Of a DNA stretch of 64,000 nt, positions 37,646 to 48,683 are shown piece by piece; position 1 is the first letter of the stretch, and every line of letters starts with the position of its first letter. Under the pieces are notes generated by a model. That model made no database searches. It saw only the letters and a program-made list of their open reading frames with translations, and had not been told where the DNA came from. Source of the DNA: Oopsacas minuta (lineage: Eukaryota > Animalia > Porifera). Location of the stretch: assembly GCA_024704765.1 (NCBI GenBank), contig JAKMXF010000327.1:14195-78194 (forward strand), read 5' to 3'. The position numbers and the translations under genes were made by a program.

Positions 37646-38547
37646 ATCTACTGTCAGTTAGAATTTCTATTAATTACACTATAGAACAATAATAATTATA
37701 TTTATACTACTAGAGATACTATATGTATAATTATTGTGTATATTATTTAGATTAGGAATAGTAGGGATCTATTGTGTTAGGTGAGAATTGTACACAACTT
37801 TATTGAAGAAGATAATGTCTGTATAATAGTTATGACTTCTGACAGCTATGTAACAAGACATAACGCCAGTTATTCACACAAAGACTGGGTAGAAGCTACC
37901 TAATGCCTTGGCGCTAGGGAAACTGTCTTGGTAACTGGGAAGGAAGAGGGGAAATTTTGAATATATGAATGATATGATATTATTACGTATCAGAGATCAA
38001 ATGATAGAGTGATTAATCATTAAGATCGTTTTGATAAAATTATTGAAATTCAACGATCAATTGCTACTAATTCAGCTAGTATAGGACAGTTGAAATCAGG
38101 ATTTTTTATCCCATCGGGTTACATTTTCGTCAGGTCAGTGTAAAATTGTTTATTCGAAATTCCATATAAAATAATGTATTTTGTCTTTTGCCTGCGAGTT
38201 ATTTAGTCTTAATTATTACGTTTTTTGTCAATCTGAGGATGTAAACAATTGAAAATCTGTTTGACTCATTTGTCCTATAGCATATATTAGCGATTTTTCC
38301 AAATGCTGGATTAGTACATACCCTTATTAATAGCAAACAATACACAGCCTTGCTGTATTAGCTATCAAAAATATTCTTGACTATCAGTATTAACAAAACG
38401 GATTTTGTCTTCTGGTTATTTTGTCGTCTTGGCAGTGCAATCAAGGACAAAATAATCCGATTTCTAGTGTAAGTAGTAAGTATATTTGGAGATTGTGAGT
38501 GTAAAGTACAGCTAGAATAGTAAGTATATTAAATGAGTTATTTATAA

Positions 38548-39027
38548 TTAATGATTAGACGAATTCAATCTCGAGCTAGTCCGCAGAGATCCTTTTTTCT
38601 CCTTTTTAATTTTTTCTGAAACTCCTAGAACTTCGTCTGTAACACCTTGTAATCTACTCAAGAGTTTATGTTGTGCATAAGGAAAATAATTCTTGAGAAT
38701 ATCACTCTTAAATCTAGCTAGTCTAATCTCCAAATACTCTTCAAGAGTAGGATTGTTCCTGGAGGATAAGTTAAAACTAGGACAATCAGGAGAATGCTTT
38801 TTATGTTCCTCTAGAGGATCATCATCAGGCTCCCACCCATCTAGCACTATAGCGCATGCCCAACACTGAACTGAGTCCTCTTTCAAATAGAAAAACCCAG
38901 CGTCTAGCAATGCGTCTACAGTAGGAGATTTGAAGGGTAGTTTTCTATTTGAGAAAGTCTTCTTCCTCGCTTTTAACGAAGAGTCAAATGAGAATATCAG
39001 TTGAGTAAGAAAATCGTCATCATCCAT
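38548..39027 (-). CDS. BIRC5: Survivin-like single-BIR protein, intronless
   Basis: BIR Zn ligands C-x2-C-x16-H-x6-C, AGFFY and WEPDDDPLEEHKKHSPDC, with a C-terminal helix. Confidence 0.88.
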   Translation of the reverse strand: MDDDDFLTQLIFSFDSSLKARKKTFSNRKLPFKSPTVDALLDAGFFYLKEDSVQCWACAIVLDGWEPDDDPLEEHKKHSPDCPSFNLSSRNNPTLEEYLEIRLARFKSDILKNYFPYAQHKLLSRLQGVTDEVLGVSEKIKKEKKGSLRTSSRLNSSNH

Positions 39028-39099
39028 TGTTTATGATAAGTTAAGTTCTAACCAGAAAATTCACATAATTTATATAAGTTACATCATACAATAAATATG

Positions 39100-40030
39100 C
39101 AGTGACGGCAGGGGCAGCCATATGGGGTGTGCGGTGCGCAGGGGCCCCAATAGTATGGGTGCCCCCAAAGAGATCATTTGGAAGGAGAGGAGATTAACCG
39201 AGATATTTGGGGAATGATTGGGCCCACAAAATCCCAGGTCAACCTTTATTCTAGGTTGAGTATAATTAATTGTTTAGCTGATTTATGTATTCATGAAATT
39301 TGAAATTACATTAGTCAATAAACATAGGATATGACTACTACAAGAATTTAATATTCCTTGAATTGGTTTTAATTTAGACATTTTCCTCTTAGGTCGGGAA
39401 TTTATTAGTTATTCATCTCTTGTACGCATAGATTATATAGAAATATAGTTTCACAAACATTAAATCGTATTTACGTGTATTATTAAGATATCTGTCACGA
39501 AAGTTCTAATTAGTTATACTACAGGAGAAACTTATGCAGGGGCGGATCCAAGGGGGTCCTAGGACCCCTCCTCGGTGTTCCTAGCGAGAATCAAAATGGA
39601 ACCAAAATTTCAGTTTTGAATTTCTGTCTAAAAATTAATGAATAATAAGATAAATTAATTTAATGTATTTCTCTATTTGTGGTAGAAATATCTTTAGATC
39701 GCTATTTCAGTGTCTAAATATTTTTAAAAAATTCTGGGGGCACCCCCTTAGGGTAACTCGCTGCGCTCTCGCTTGGACCCCCCTAGGTAAATCCTGGATC
39801 CGCTCCCTGTTATGCATGTGCCATGTGCATAATTTTGCATCTTTTTTTTAATAATTGAGAAGGGGGCCACAAGAAAAAACATTACACAAGGGCCCCCAAT
39901 ATCCTATGGCCGCCACTGAGTGGCGGATCCAGGAACTGCTAGTGGGGAGGGATAATTATCCAGCTGGGGGTGCAGGGGCGCTGTAAGGCCCCCAGAGGGC
40001 CTAGGGGCGAAGCCGCTGAACGACAAGCCT
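39100..40030. mobile_element. Cluster of nested or adjacent hAT-type MITEs (CAGGGGCGGATCC / CAGTGGCG termini)
   Basis: Inner element 39537-39809 (CAGGGGCGGATCC...GGATCCGCTCCCTG). Outer ends CAGTGACGG at 39100 and CCGCCACTG at 39918, with another AGTGGCGGATCC start right after. Confidence 0.75.
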
Positions 40031-40628
40031 ATTTGGCACAACATTAGTTGCCTTTCTACTGTTAGGTCTTCGAATACACATCTGGTATGGAAATTTTCGA
40101 TTGACGATGTAATGCTACTAACACACGTATTCAAATTACCAACAATTTAGTAATAGTATCAGGCCAGGGACATGGGATGACAGGACAACAATAAGGAGCT
40201 AGGTGGGACATAGTGCTAAAGGGCCTTGGCAGAAGCTGCGTAAGGAATTATAAGCTAGCTTAACGTTAACGGTAATACACGAAATATCTGACTCAAAAAT
40301 CTTCTGAAGTGCGTTGAGATGCTGAAACAAGTAGTATATCACATATCAGATAAGAAATTTCCAGGATTATGCAAATTTTGGATTAATGCCTATTTGGGAT
40401 TTTGGACTAACGACGGTTCCCGTTTGTGATGTCTAAGAACATAAACAAGCCAGTTCAATATTGGGCTACTAAATTACATACTACTTATAGTCAATAACAA
40501 AATCCCAATTGACCGAATATATAAGAGATAAGTTGATTGTATAACTTCAGCTGCGTTCCTGAATATTATTATAAATATATTCTGATAAAATATTGGATAT
40601 AAAAACAAGTATATATCTGATTAGGTAT

Positions 40629-41036
40629 TCAGATATCCTCCAGAGTAGAATGACAAAATATCAGCTTATCTGGAGTAACACCACTTCTGCTTTTCTGTGA
40701 TAAGAAAGTACCAATTTCACTCTGAGGAGGTAGACACAAACTACGTCTCCAATTAGGAGTCTCTACCCCTAACAACTCTCGTATCATCTTAGATATAATT
40801 AAAATGTGTTCAAAATCTTGTACCCCGATTGAGGGTAGTGTGGAAGCATTTATTAGAATCAATTTCTTCCCACCGATGTTATTCTCTATAAAGCAAGGAG
40901 AGTATCTCTCAAATCCTATACTAGTAATCCACTCCCCAACCTCATCTCTGCTCCAATTGAGACAATGAGGTGTTTGAGTTTGAGCTCCTGATTCAGAGTT
41001 AAAACTTATAGGAGAGAGGAGAGAGAGATTAGACAT
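40629..41036 (-). CDS. SAMD15: SAM-domain protein SAMD15-like, intronless (true start is probably ATG 41036, not GTG 41048)
   Basis: WSRDEVGEWITSIGFERYSPCFIENNIGGKKLILINASTLPSIGVQDFEHI..RELLGVETPNWRRSLCLP..GTFLSQKSRSG. Confidence 0.82.
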   Translation of the reverse strand: MSNLSLLSPISFNSESGAQTQTPHCLNWSRDEVGEWITSIGFERYSPCFIENNIGGKKLILINASTLPSIGVQDFEHILIISKMIRELLGVETPNWRRSLCLPPQSEIGTFLSQKSRSGVTPDKLIFCHSTLEDI

Positions 41037-41201
41037 TATTGCTAACACATAAACAAACAGAATATATTACTCAATAATCTATGTAGCAACTTTATTAAAT
41101 CAATGTCGAATAAATTTAGATACATTTGTGTAATTTGGATACAGATTACTCAATTACCAAACGATGAAACCAAGTTTTTGTAACTCACCTATCGCAATAT
41201 G

Positions 41202-42383
41202 ACAAGCCTTGGCCGTGTTTTCAACGTGCTCTTTCAAGATTAGATTGGACAATTGTTTAATGTCCTCAATTTAGAACAGGCACGCAAAACCACTAGAATA
41301 TGGATGGAGCATTGAAATGTTGAGAAGTTTGAAATCATAACTTTTATCAGATGGTATCAGCATAAGTTCATCTTTTGATAATGTGAAAATATAACCCTTC
41401 CATTCATTGAACCATTCTTCATTAAATTCTTTCGGCCTGAATAGATAATCTTTGCTCTCTGCCGGACATTACGAAGATTCAGTAATTCAGAAAAGGCACT
41501 ACCTTCAGTTGCACTCCGAATTGTTAACATAGATTCTCTCTTATGTGTTATCATAGTATATTATTCCTTCTAATTGGTATGGTGTATTTGAGTATACTTT
41601 CTTTCTTTCAGACGAATATACCTGTATAGTTATACTGTACGAATGTTTAGATGTCATATTATTGGTTCAACACGAGGCAATTTATTGTATTACTTCACAC
41701 AGAGCTGTTATATTGTGCTAAATAAAAGCATACTGACTATTGTGAACACCTCCTAATTATGATAACCATGTAGATGCCAAACTGTGGAATATTATTATTC
41801 AGTCATTGTTAGCTTGATCTACTGATAGGGAGTGACAATAGTATCTCATTCAAACGCTTTTATTTAGCACAATATAACAGCTCTGTGTGAAGTAATACAA
41901 TAAATTGCCTCGTGTTGAACCAATAATATGACATCTAAACATTCGTACAGTATAAATATACAGGTATATTCGTCTGAAAGAAAGAAAGTATACTCAAATA
42001 CACCATGCCAATTAGAAGGAATAATATACTATGATAACACATAAGAGAGAATCTATGTTAACAATTCGGAGTGCAACTGAAGGTAGTGCCTTTTCTGAAT
42101 TACTGAATCTTCGTTATGTCCGGCAGAGAGCAAAGATTATCTATTCAGGCCGAAAGAATTTAATGAAGAATGGTTCAATTAATGGAAGGGTTATATTTTC
42201 ACATTATCAAAAGATGAACTTATGCTGACACCATCTGATAAAAGTTATGATTTCAAACTTCTCAACATTTCAATGCTCCATCCATATTCTAGTGGTTTTG
42301 TGTGCCTGTTCTAAATTGAGGACATTAAACAATTGTCCAATCTAATCTTGAAAGAGCACGTTGAAAACACGGCCAAGGCTTGT
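41202..42383. repeat. Long inverted repeat: 528-bp arms (41202-41729, 41856-42383) with a 126-bp spacer
   Basis: The arms are reverse complements with about six substitutions by eye and no obvious TSD. Confidence 0.97.
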
Positions 42384-42879
42384 ACTAACAAATTCACAGC
42401 CAATTTCGATAAATTTTTGAATACATACCGTACCGTATACGTAAATAATATATTCTAAAAAATGGTGCAGAAGAGATTGAATTCAACTACCAATCTACAG
42501 CTCAATTCCGTGGTTGTAAACATCATCTCATTTTCGGGAAAATAGTTGGAGATGCCTTAGGACTCCATCCTGTGTTAGGAGCATTACTCAATCCTACTGG
42601 AGGAATTGTAGGAGCAAACAATAGTAATGCACTATTAAGATCGTTAGCCTTATTACCTAGCATGAAGAAGAATGGCATGGCTCATGATGCGACAGGATAC
42701 TTAAGATATTACCATGGGATTGGGCCAGGATATAATACTTAGATGTTGGAGATATCAAGGGTAGATTGACTCCCAGCAATGGCATATTCTACGGTAGTAA
42801 ACTTCCAAGCGCTAATACATTATTTAAAATGGGAAGCAATGGAAGTAAAGAATTACATAAAAGAGTTCAAAGGAGATGA
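42031..42879 (+). pseudogene. Disrupted gene of an uncharacterised family (FGKIVGDALG-LLNPTGG-HDATGYL-GPGY motifs)
   Basis: Open frame 42461-42742 with no start codon: KHHLIFGKIVGDALGLHPVLGALLNPTGGIVG...AHDATGYLRYYHGIGPGYN. The flanking frames join through stops and 1-nt shifts. Confidence 0.7.
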
Positions 42880-43523
42880 TGCTATGAACCAAGTGCTTGA
42901 ACACTCTAATATTATCATTATTATTATGTTATGTTGTTCCTTAGTGCTCAGTTAGATTTTGTAATGCTAGATATTTTTTTCAGTCATTTAAAATAAATAA
43001 TACTTTTCTATATTTGTAGTCTTAAAAAAGTAATAATACAGTCAACAAACGTTAATTCGAATTGTCACGAGAGAAATTTTTTCGAATTAACAATATTCGC
43101 ATCATTGAAAGTGCTATAAACAATGTGTAGAAAGACAAAAACGTTCAAAGGAGGTAAACATAATTATAGATCATAAGAGATCTTCATGAGAAATTTACTT
43201 TACTAATTTGAATTGTTTGCAGAGATGGAACCGGTTAACTTTCCATGACCCGACCCGACCAGCTTAACATGAAACCTGCAGGCGCCGTATTCACTGAAGA
43301 AGTTAAACACAAAGTTCGAACTATGTTCTTAGTGAATACAGTAGATGGTGGGTATAAGAACATTATACTGGAAATGATAGCCCAATATAATGCATGCCTG
43401 TTAAAAGAACACTCTTAGAATAGTAGTAAAATAGGTTCTTATTACCAGTATGTTTGTGAACAAATATTCAGGAAATGAGATTATCTACAATTATGCATAC
43501 TACTTTATACATTGGTAATTAAA

Positions 43524-44684
43524 TTATAAGAATGATCGTCCTGACATAATATTAGGTCCTACTAAATCGTACTGCGACTTATCTACCCAATTAGAGAAAC
43601 TAGACAGAGAAGCTAATACAGAGCCTCCTATCCATGTACTGTACTTCCTCTCTGGAGGACTGGATATCTTAACTGTAGATTTGGGAGGAGCTAAGTTCAT
43701 TATTTCCTTTCGTAATCTCTCTGGGAACCCTGATAACAATGTATTACCTCCAGACAGTAGAATATTAGAATAGAGATCTTTACGAGTATCAATTTGACAA
43801 TCTTTGATACAGTTGTATATCAGCTGATGGATTCCTATGTGATCTCTTCCCAGATGTGTTAAAGGCTGGAAGAGACATTCTGTACACTCAAATAGCTGAG
43901 TAGTAACTAATATCATGTGACCATCTGGCAGCTCATAACATTTGTCCATCCCTGGTCGCCATGAGGTCCAGTATTTAGCCATTTCTTGATTGAAATCGTA
44001 TGATACGTAAGCAAGAGATTCCTTCAGCCTCCGTACTATTTCCTTCTCAGCTGATGTTCTGAAGTAATGCCCTTCCTGTGTCAGAAGTCTAGTCAGATAT
44101 TCAGTGACGTCAATACCTCCTAAATCCAATCTCTTTACAGCACTCGGAACAATATAACCTTCATAGATAGGAAGGACAGAGGTAACTCCTCCTCCTGAAC
44201 TCACTGACACTCCTGTAGCCCTACCACCACATGAATACATGGAGAGTATTGTATCTATTTCTACACTAAATCGCCTAACATTGTATGTTTCAAAGAAAAA
44301 CTGACAAAGTCTCTCACGATTTTCTCGTGGATTCAAAGGTGGTTCAGTTATCAACACACTGGATTCCTCTGGAGATATTCTGAGCATTTTGAAGCTATAA
44401 TTCATTAATTGTTCAAATTTATTCCAATCCTTTACAGCTCCTCTCTCTATCAGATAACTGGGATCTAGAACTCCTAGTCTACGCATTGCATCGTATCCAC
44501 AATAATTACTCCCTGGGTCCATTCCTTCCATCAAAGGTCCTACAGTCCGTTTAGTTGTACCAACAACACTGGGATTCACGAAACGAGGTGAATCACTTCC
44601 AGCGAAGCCAATCTGTACATTTGAACTACCTAGAACAATCACAATCGGTTCTGGATCATCTAAACTGCTTGATGAAGAAGACAT
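43524..44684 (-). CDS. Divergent actin-family protein (actin/Arp1-like), intronless
   Basis: Actin fold motifs GFAGSDSPR, LITEPPLNPRENRE, PIYEGY, LDLGGIDVT, YELPDG, LYSNILLSGGNT and PPERKYSTWIGGSVLASL. Confidence 0.93.
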   Translation of the reverse strand: MSSSSSSLDDPEPIVIVLGSSNVQIGFAGSDSPRFVNPSVVGTTKRTVGPLMEGMDPGSNYCGYDAMRRLGVLDPSYLIERGAVKDWNKFEQLMNYSFKMLRISPEESSVLITEPPLNPRENRERLCQFFFETYNVRRFSVEIDTILSMYSCGGRATGVSVSSGGGVTSVLPIYEGYIVPSAVKRLDLGGIDVTEYLTRLLTQEGHYFRTSAEKEIVRRLKESLAYVSYDFNQEMAKYWTSWRPGMDKCYELPDGHMILVTTQLFECTECLFQPLTHLGRDHIGIHQLIYNCIKDCQIDTRKDLYSNILLSGGNTLLSGFPERLRKEIMNLAPPKSTVKISSPPERKYSTWIGGSVLASLSSFSNWVDKSQYDLVGPNIMSGRSFL

Positions 44685-45234
44685 TAAATCTGGAGCATTA
44701 CCAAGAAATAGCTAAACACAGTAGAACCCGTATATAACAAACAGGCAGCCTAAAGGTACACAGTCTTGGTTTTAGGGTTAGAAATTTTTGCTGTGCGACT
44801 GTCGGATGACGTCCAAGTAAGGGGCGTACTGCGTATGATTGCTTTAACAGACCATACGCTCGTTGGTCTTATGCTTAGTTTTTGAGCCCCGACTTATAGG
44901 GAGATGCCTGAATATCATGGATGAAGTGCAAGGTCCATACGTCTGCCCGTCAGACCGCGGGGACCTGCGAAAACTAGCAATCCTATTAATATGAGCACAT
45001 ATCCACAACTGGGGTATGAAATTTTTCTAAAGTGAAATTTTCCACCTCTTTGGTGATTAATCATATTATCACACCTTTCTATGTAAATTCAAAAGCATCC
45101 TAGAGTTAAGTTTCAACATGTTCTCATGGGTAATTGAGAATGTAGATTCGAATTTTGACCTTCTCACTTTACATTTCTCAGGGAAATTTGAAGGTATTTC
45201 AGTCATTCATAACAAAATACATACTAATGAACCT

Positions 45235-45745
45235 TTAGATCGTCGCTTCGCGAGGAAATCGGCTCATGCGCCTCGAGGTGTCCATTATTCTCCAAATTGA
45301 CGGCCCATTTGAGTGTTATAATGTAAATAGGAAAATTATATCTAAGACCCTATATTTAGTGTATTTTAAAAACTTATTATATCAGTCTAGTGTATTTTGA
45401 TTTTGATTAGTTTTCAAACAGGGTCCCACAAATAATGCTAGGACACTAGGGTCCTGAGAATAACTCCTCATGTAAATATACGTATATGTGCTATATATTA
45501 TTGAATTATTTTGTAAGATCAACTTCCTTTGAAGCGGTGAGAGCAAATATCTGTGTAAATTTTGAGATGTTGTTAATCTGTTTACTTTATATTCGTAAAA
45601 ACAACAATAAATTTACATATGATTAATCCAAAAGTGTGATAATCGGATTCAGCATGTTCGATATATTTTAGTGAAGTTTTATTGAATTCTATTTACTTCC
45701 TTGATAAACACAATAAATATATAGTTATGCGACAGTTTCAAATGT
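45235..45745 (-). mobile_element. Helitron-like repeat, 5'-truncated
   Basis: 3' hairpin (tcgtcgcttcgcg..gcgcctcgagg) and an internal atcggattcagcatgttc block shared with the family. Confidence 0.75.
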
Positions 45746-45802
45746 GAATTGTTTAATATTATCTCTCGCTAAAATTTTAACTAAAATAATTATGACTCTT
45801 TA

Positions 45803-47815
45803 TTAGGTTCCGTATTTCTCGCGGAATAGTTCGGATGGAAATTCTTTCTGTATCTCTTCCCATGGCCTCTCAACCAAGAGAGCTTCCTCTTCACTGATAT
45901 GAACTAGAGCTAGGATAGAATTGTACTGAGAGGAAATCTTGAAATTATCAGCATGGAAATGATATTGTATTCTTTCTTCTTCTGCAATTTTAATTCGTTT
46001 CTTACTTCTTGTTTCCAATTCCCCAGACTCAGGAATATGTTCTAATCTAACTACACAGAGACCGTTATAACTGGATAGAATCAATCGGTTATCTCTTACG
46101 AAAGTAGCTGTAAGGTTTGTCAATTCTATTTGGTGAGATGTCAGAAGATCTTGACATCTAAAATCTTGAAATGATCTTGTCCATTCTGTGTGCTTTTGAT
46201 TAATATAATCAAAGATGATAATTTCACTGTTACTATACGTGATTACGATATTTGTGATATTTGGAGCAAAGTCAATTGACACAATCTTTGAGCTGTGTGA
46301 TGAGAGCTGAGTTATAATCTTGAAATTATCAATATCGTAAATATAAACGGCAGAATCTGAGGAGACACTTGCGAAATATTTCCCGCATTTAGATGGAGTT
46401 ATCTTAACTACGGAGTACCCTACGTCAGCATGATGTAAATTAACATTTTTGGGTGAGGAGAGGCTAAAAATTGAAATTTCTCTAAGGTTGAAAACAGAAA
46501 TTACATGATTTGAATGTTGAGAAAATGCTAAGATTTGAGAAGGGTGAGATGGTGCATGTTTTATCTGTTTTATTTTAGAGATACATTTATCATCTTGTTC
46601 GTTCCAATCCAGGTGATAAAATTTTGTAATTTTCCTATTCGACCAGCTGAGGAAATCTGCCTTAGAAGATATCGCACTCGTAATTAGACCGTCAGTACTA
46701 TTCGTTTGTAACTCTAAAAGACAGTCAACATCTTTATTAGCAGATTTTGGATCTTTAGTCAAGCTCCAAACTTGCAGTTTGTTTGGCATTTGAAATAAAA
46801 TTACTTTTCTTTCAACTGCAACTTTAACCGTTTCACGTGAAGAGCTTATGAAGGGAAGTATCTGTTTTATTAACTTTTTTTGTTCAAACCTCTGCCAATT
46901 ATGAATAATGATTTTCGTATCCACACCCCCAGTTAAAATGAACTTATTTTCACAGGCTACAATTGACTTTACATCGTGGCTATGGAAACGGATAGAACCG
47001 GAAGGAATCCATTTCGAATTTCCATCCATCTCAATTCGTTTTAACTGAACTAATTTTGAGTCTACGCCACTCGCGAAAATAGTGTCCTCTTTTTCATTTA
47101 CAAAAATAGCAAGAATATCTGCCAGTTCTTCATGCAGAGTATATTCTTGTTTCAGTGTACCGAATTTTCCATTCCAAAACTGAATTTTTCCCATAGAATT
47201 TCCACTAATCAAAGTATGATCTATGAGAAACTTTATTTGCCATACAAATGTGTTTTGTTTGTTATGCTTATCAAGTGTTATTCTCTGTAAACATAAGCCA
47301 TTAGAAAGAGAGAATGTAGCAATTGAAGAATTATCGAATCCACAAGCTAAGAGCTCTCCTACTGGGTGCCATGCTAATGAGAGTATTCTGCCAGTTTGTT
47401 TTTGTAAATCCTTCTGATATTCCAAATTATCATATTTCGTTTCATATATTTTTATAGCTCCATTCTCCAATCCAACTGCTAGTAGCCCCCCACATGAGGA
47501 TTTCTCCATACACCAAATTGGTATGTCTAACATTGCTCTATTCTTCTCAGAAATATCACCGAAAATCCATTCAGAAATTATTCCATCTAGTCCAGCTGAA
47601 AATAATCGATCTCCTCTACAAACCAAAGACCGTATCAATCTATCTTGACAGATTGGTGTTGAATTGAGAAATGAAAAAGTATCTAATTTGCTCTCCCAAA
47701 ATTCAATCGATCCATTTGATCTAGCAACTGCTAAGAATTGAGATGAATTGTGCAAGCAAAGTTGCTCAATACCTGATGGTTGGTACTCTAGGAACGCTAC
47801 ACAATGTAAATCCAT
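45803..47815 (-). CDS. UTP4: U3 snoRNA-associated protein 4 (cirhin, WD40), intronless
   Basis: LAVARSNGSIEFW, RLFSAGLDG, GRILSLAW, LISGNSMGKIQFWNG, FASGVD, HSHDVK, C-terminal LLVERPW...FREKYGT. Confidence 0.93.
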   Translation of the reverse strand: MDLHCVAFLEYQPSGIEQLCLHNSSQFLAVARSNGSIEFWESKLDTFSFLNSTPICQDRLIRSLVCRGDRLFSAGLDGIISEWIFGDISEKNRAMLDIPIWCMEKSSCGGLLAVGLENGAIKIYETKYDNLEYQKDLQKQTGRILSLAWHPVGELLACGFDNSSIATFSLSNGLCLQRITLDKHNKQNTFVWQIKFLIDHTLISGNSMGKIQFWNGKFGTLKQEYTLHEELADILAIFVNEKEDTIFASGVDSKLVQLKRIEMDGNSKWIPSGSIRFHSHDVKSIVACENKFILTGGVDTKIIIHNWQRFEQKKLIKQILPFISSSRETVKVAVERKVILFQMPNKLQVWSLTKDPKSANKDVDCLLELQTNSTDGLITSAISSKADFLSWSNRKITKFYHLDWNEQDDKCISKIKQIKHAPSHPSQILAFSQHSNHVISVFNLREISIFSLSSPKNVNLHHADVGYSVVKITPSKCGKYFASVSSDSAVYIYDIDNFKIITQLSSHSSKIVSIDFAPNITNIVITYSNSEIIIFDYINQKHTEWTRSFQDFRCQDLLTSHQIELTNLTATFVRDNRLILSSYNGLCVVRLEHIPESGELETRSKKRIKIAEEERIQYHFHADNFKISSQYNSILALVHISEEEALLVERPWEEIQKEFPSELFREKYGT

Positions 47816-48683
47816 TATTTAGAATGTTGAATATAATTGATAAGTAGATATTCTTCAAACAAGCTAACAGTGGCTACAATTACGCAAAGTAATGGGGGAA
47901 TATGGTAGCAGTAATCAATAAAAAGTATAAACTAAGCTTGCCTTAATTCTTACTAAAGATTAGGTATTGCTAATCATAATCTCGGATTTTTAGCAAATGG
48001 CTAAAATTACTACGAATGATAATAGTAGGCATTATCTGAGCAGAGAGTAGTGTACGTATTACCTAATATGGATTGTAATAACATGAATGGGAAGTAAATT
48101 TGGGGTTGTAAGTAGTATATAGGGACGGAAACAGGAGAGGCCACCCCATCCACTCCAGTATAAAGTGTATTGGTCTTAAGGAATGTATTGAATGAGTATT
48201 TACACACATATAAGCATAAAGTACTTTACATACATAGACAAACTCTGCTTAACAGTATTGGAGTACGGTACGGTACGGTATGGTATGGTATGTTGCTATT
48301 GTGGAAAATATAATATACTTTCCATATTTTCCATGAATTTTAATAGTGGTCTCTATTTAACAATACTTACATAGTACATATCAATCATTGCTTACGTTAT
48401 AATATAGAATGGACCCTAAAGTTACATTATCAATAGGCACCTTATATCAGGTTGACAAGATATTGCTTTGGGAGAGAGGGGTGCTTGGAATATACTAATA
48501 TTCGCGAATAATATAGTTCGGATTGGGTTGGTTAGCATTGTTAAATAACTGCAAATAAAAGTTGGAAACGATTATGAAAATTTCGATAAAGAAACAAAAA
48601 AGTGAATAATTATTAGTTCAAATAAATCGAAAATGTTCAAAACAAAAATGATTAGAAAGCCAATAAAAGTCCAATCAAATATC

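Noticed and set aside
41357-42228. Twin 65-aa ORFs (MITHKRES...) as small genes
   Set aside because: They are mirror images produced by the 528-bp inverted repeat. At most they are a frame fragment of the decayed pseudogene.
44816-44949. U12 snRNA (AGTAAGG, TTTTTGAGC, GATGCCTG, TCTGCCCG motifs in order)
   Set aside because: Motif spacing disagrees with U12 and the conserved U12 5' end is absent.
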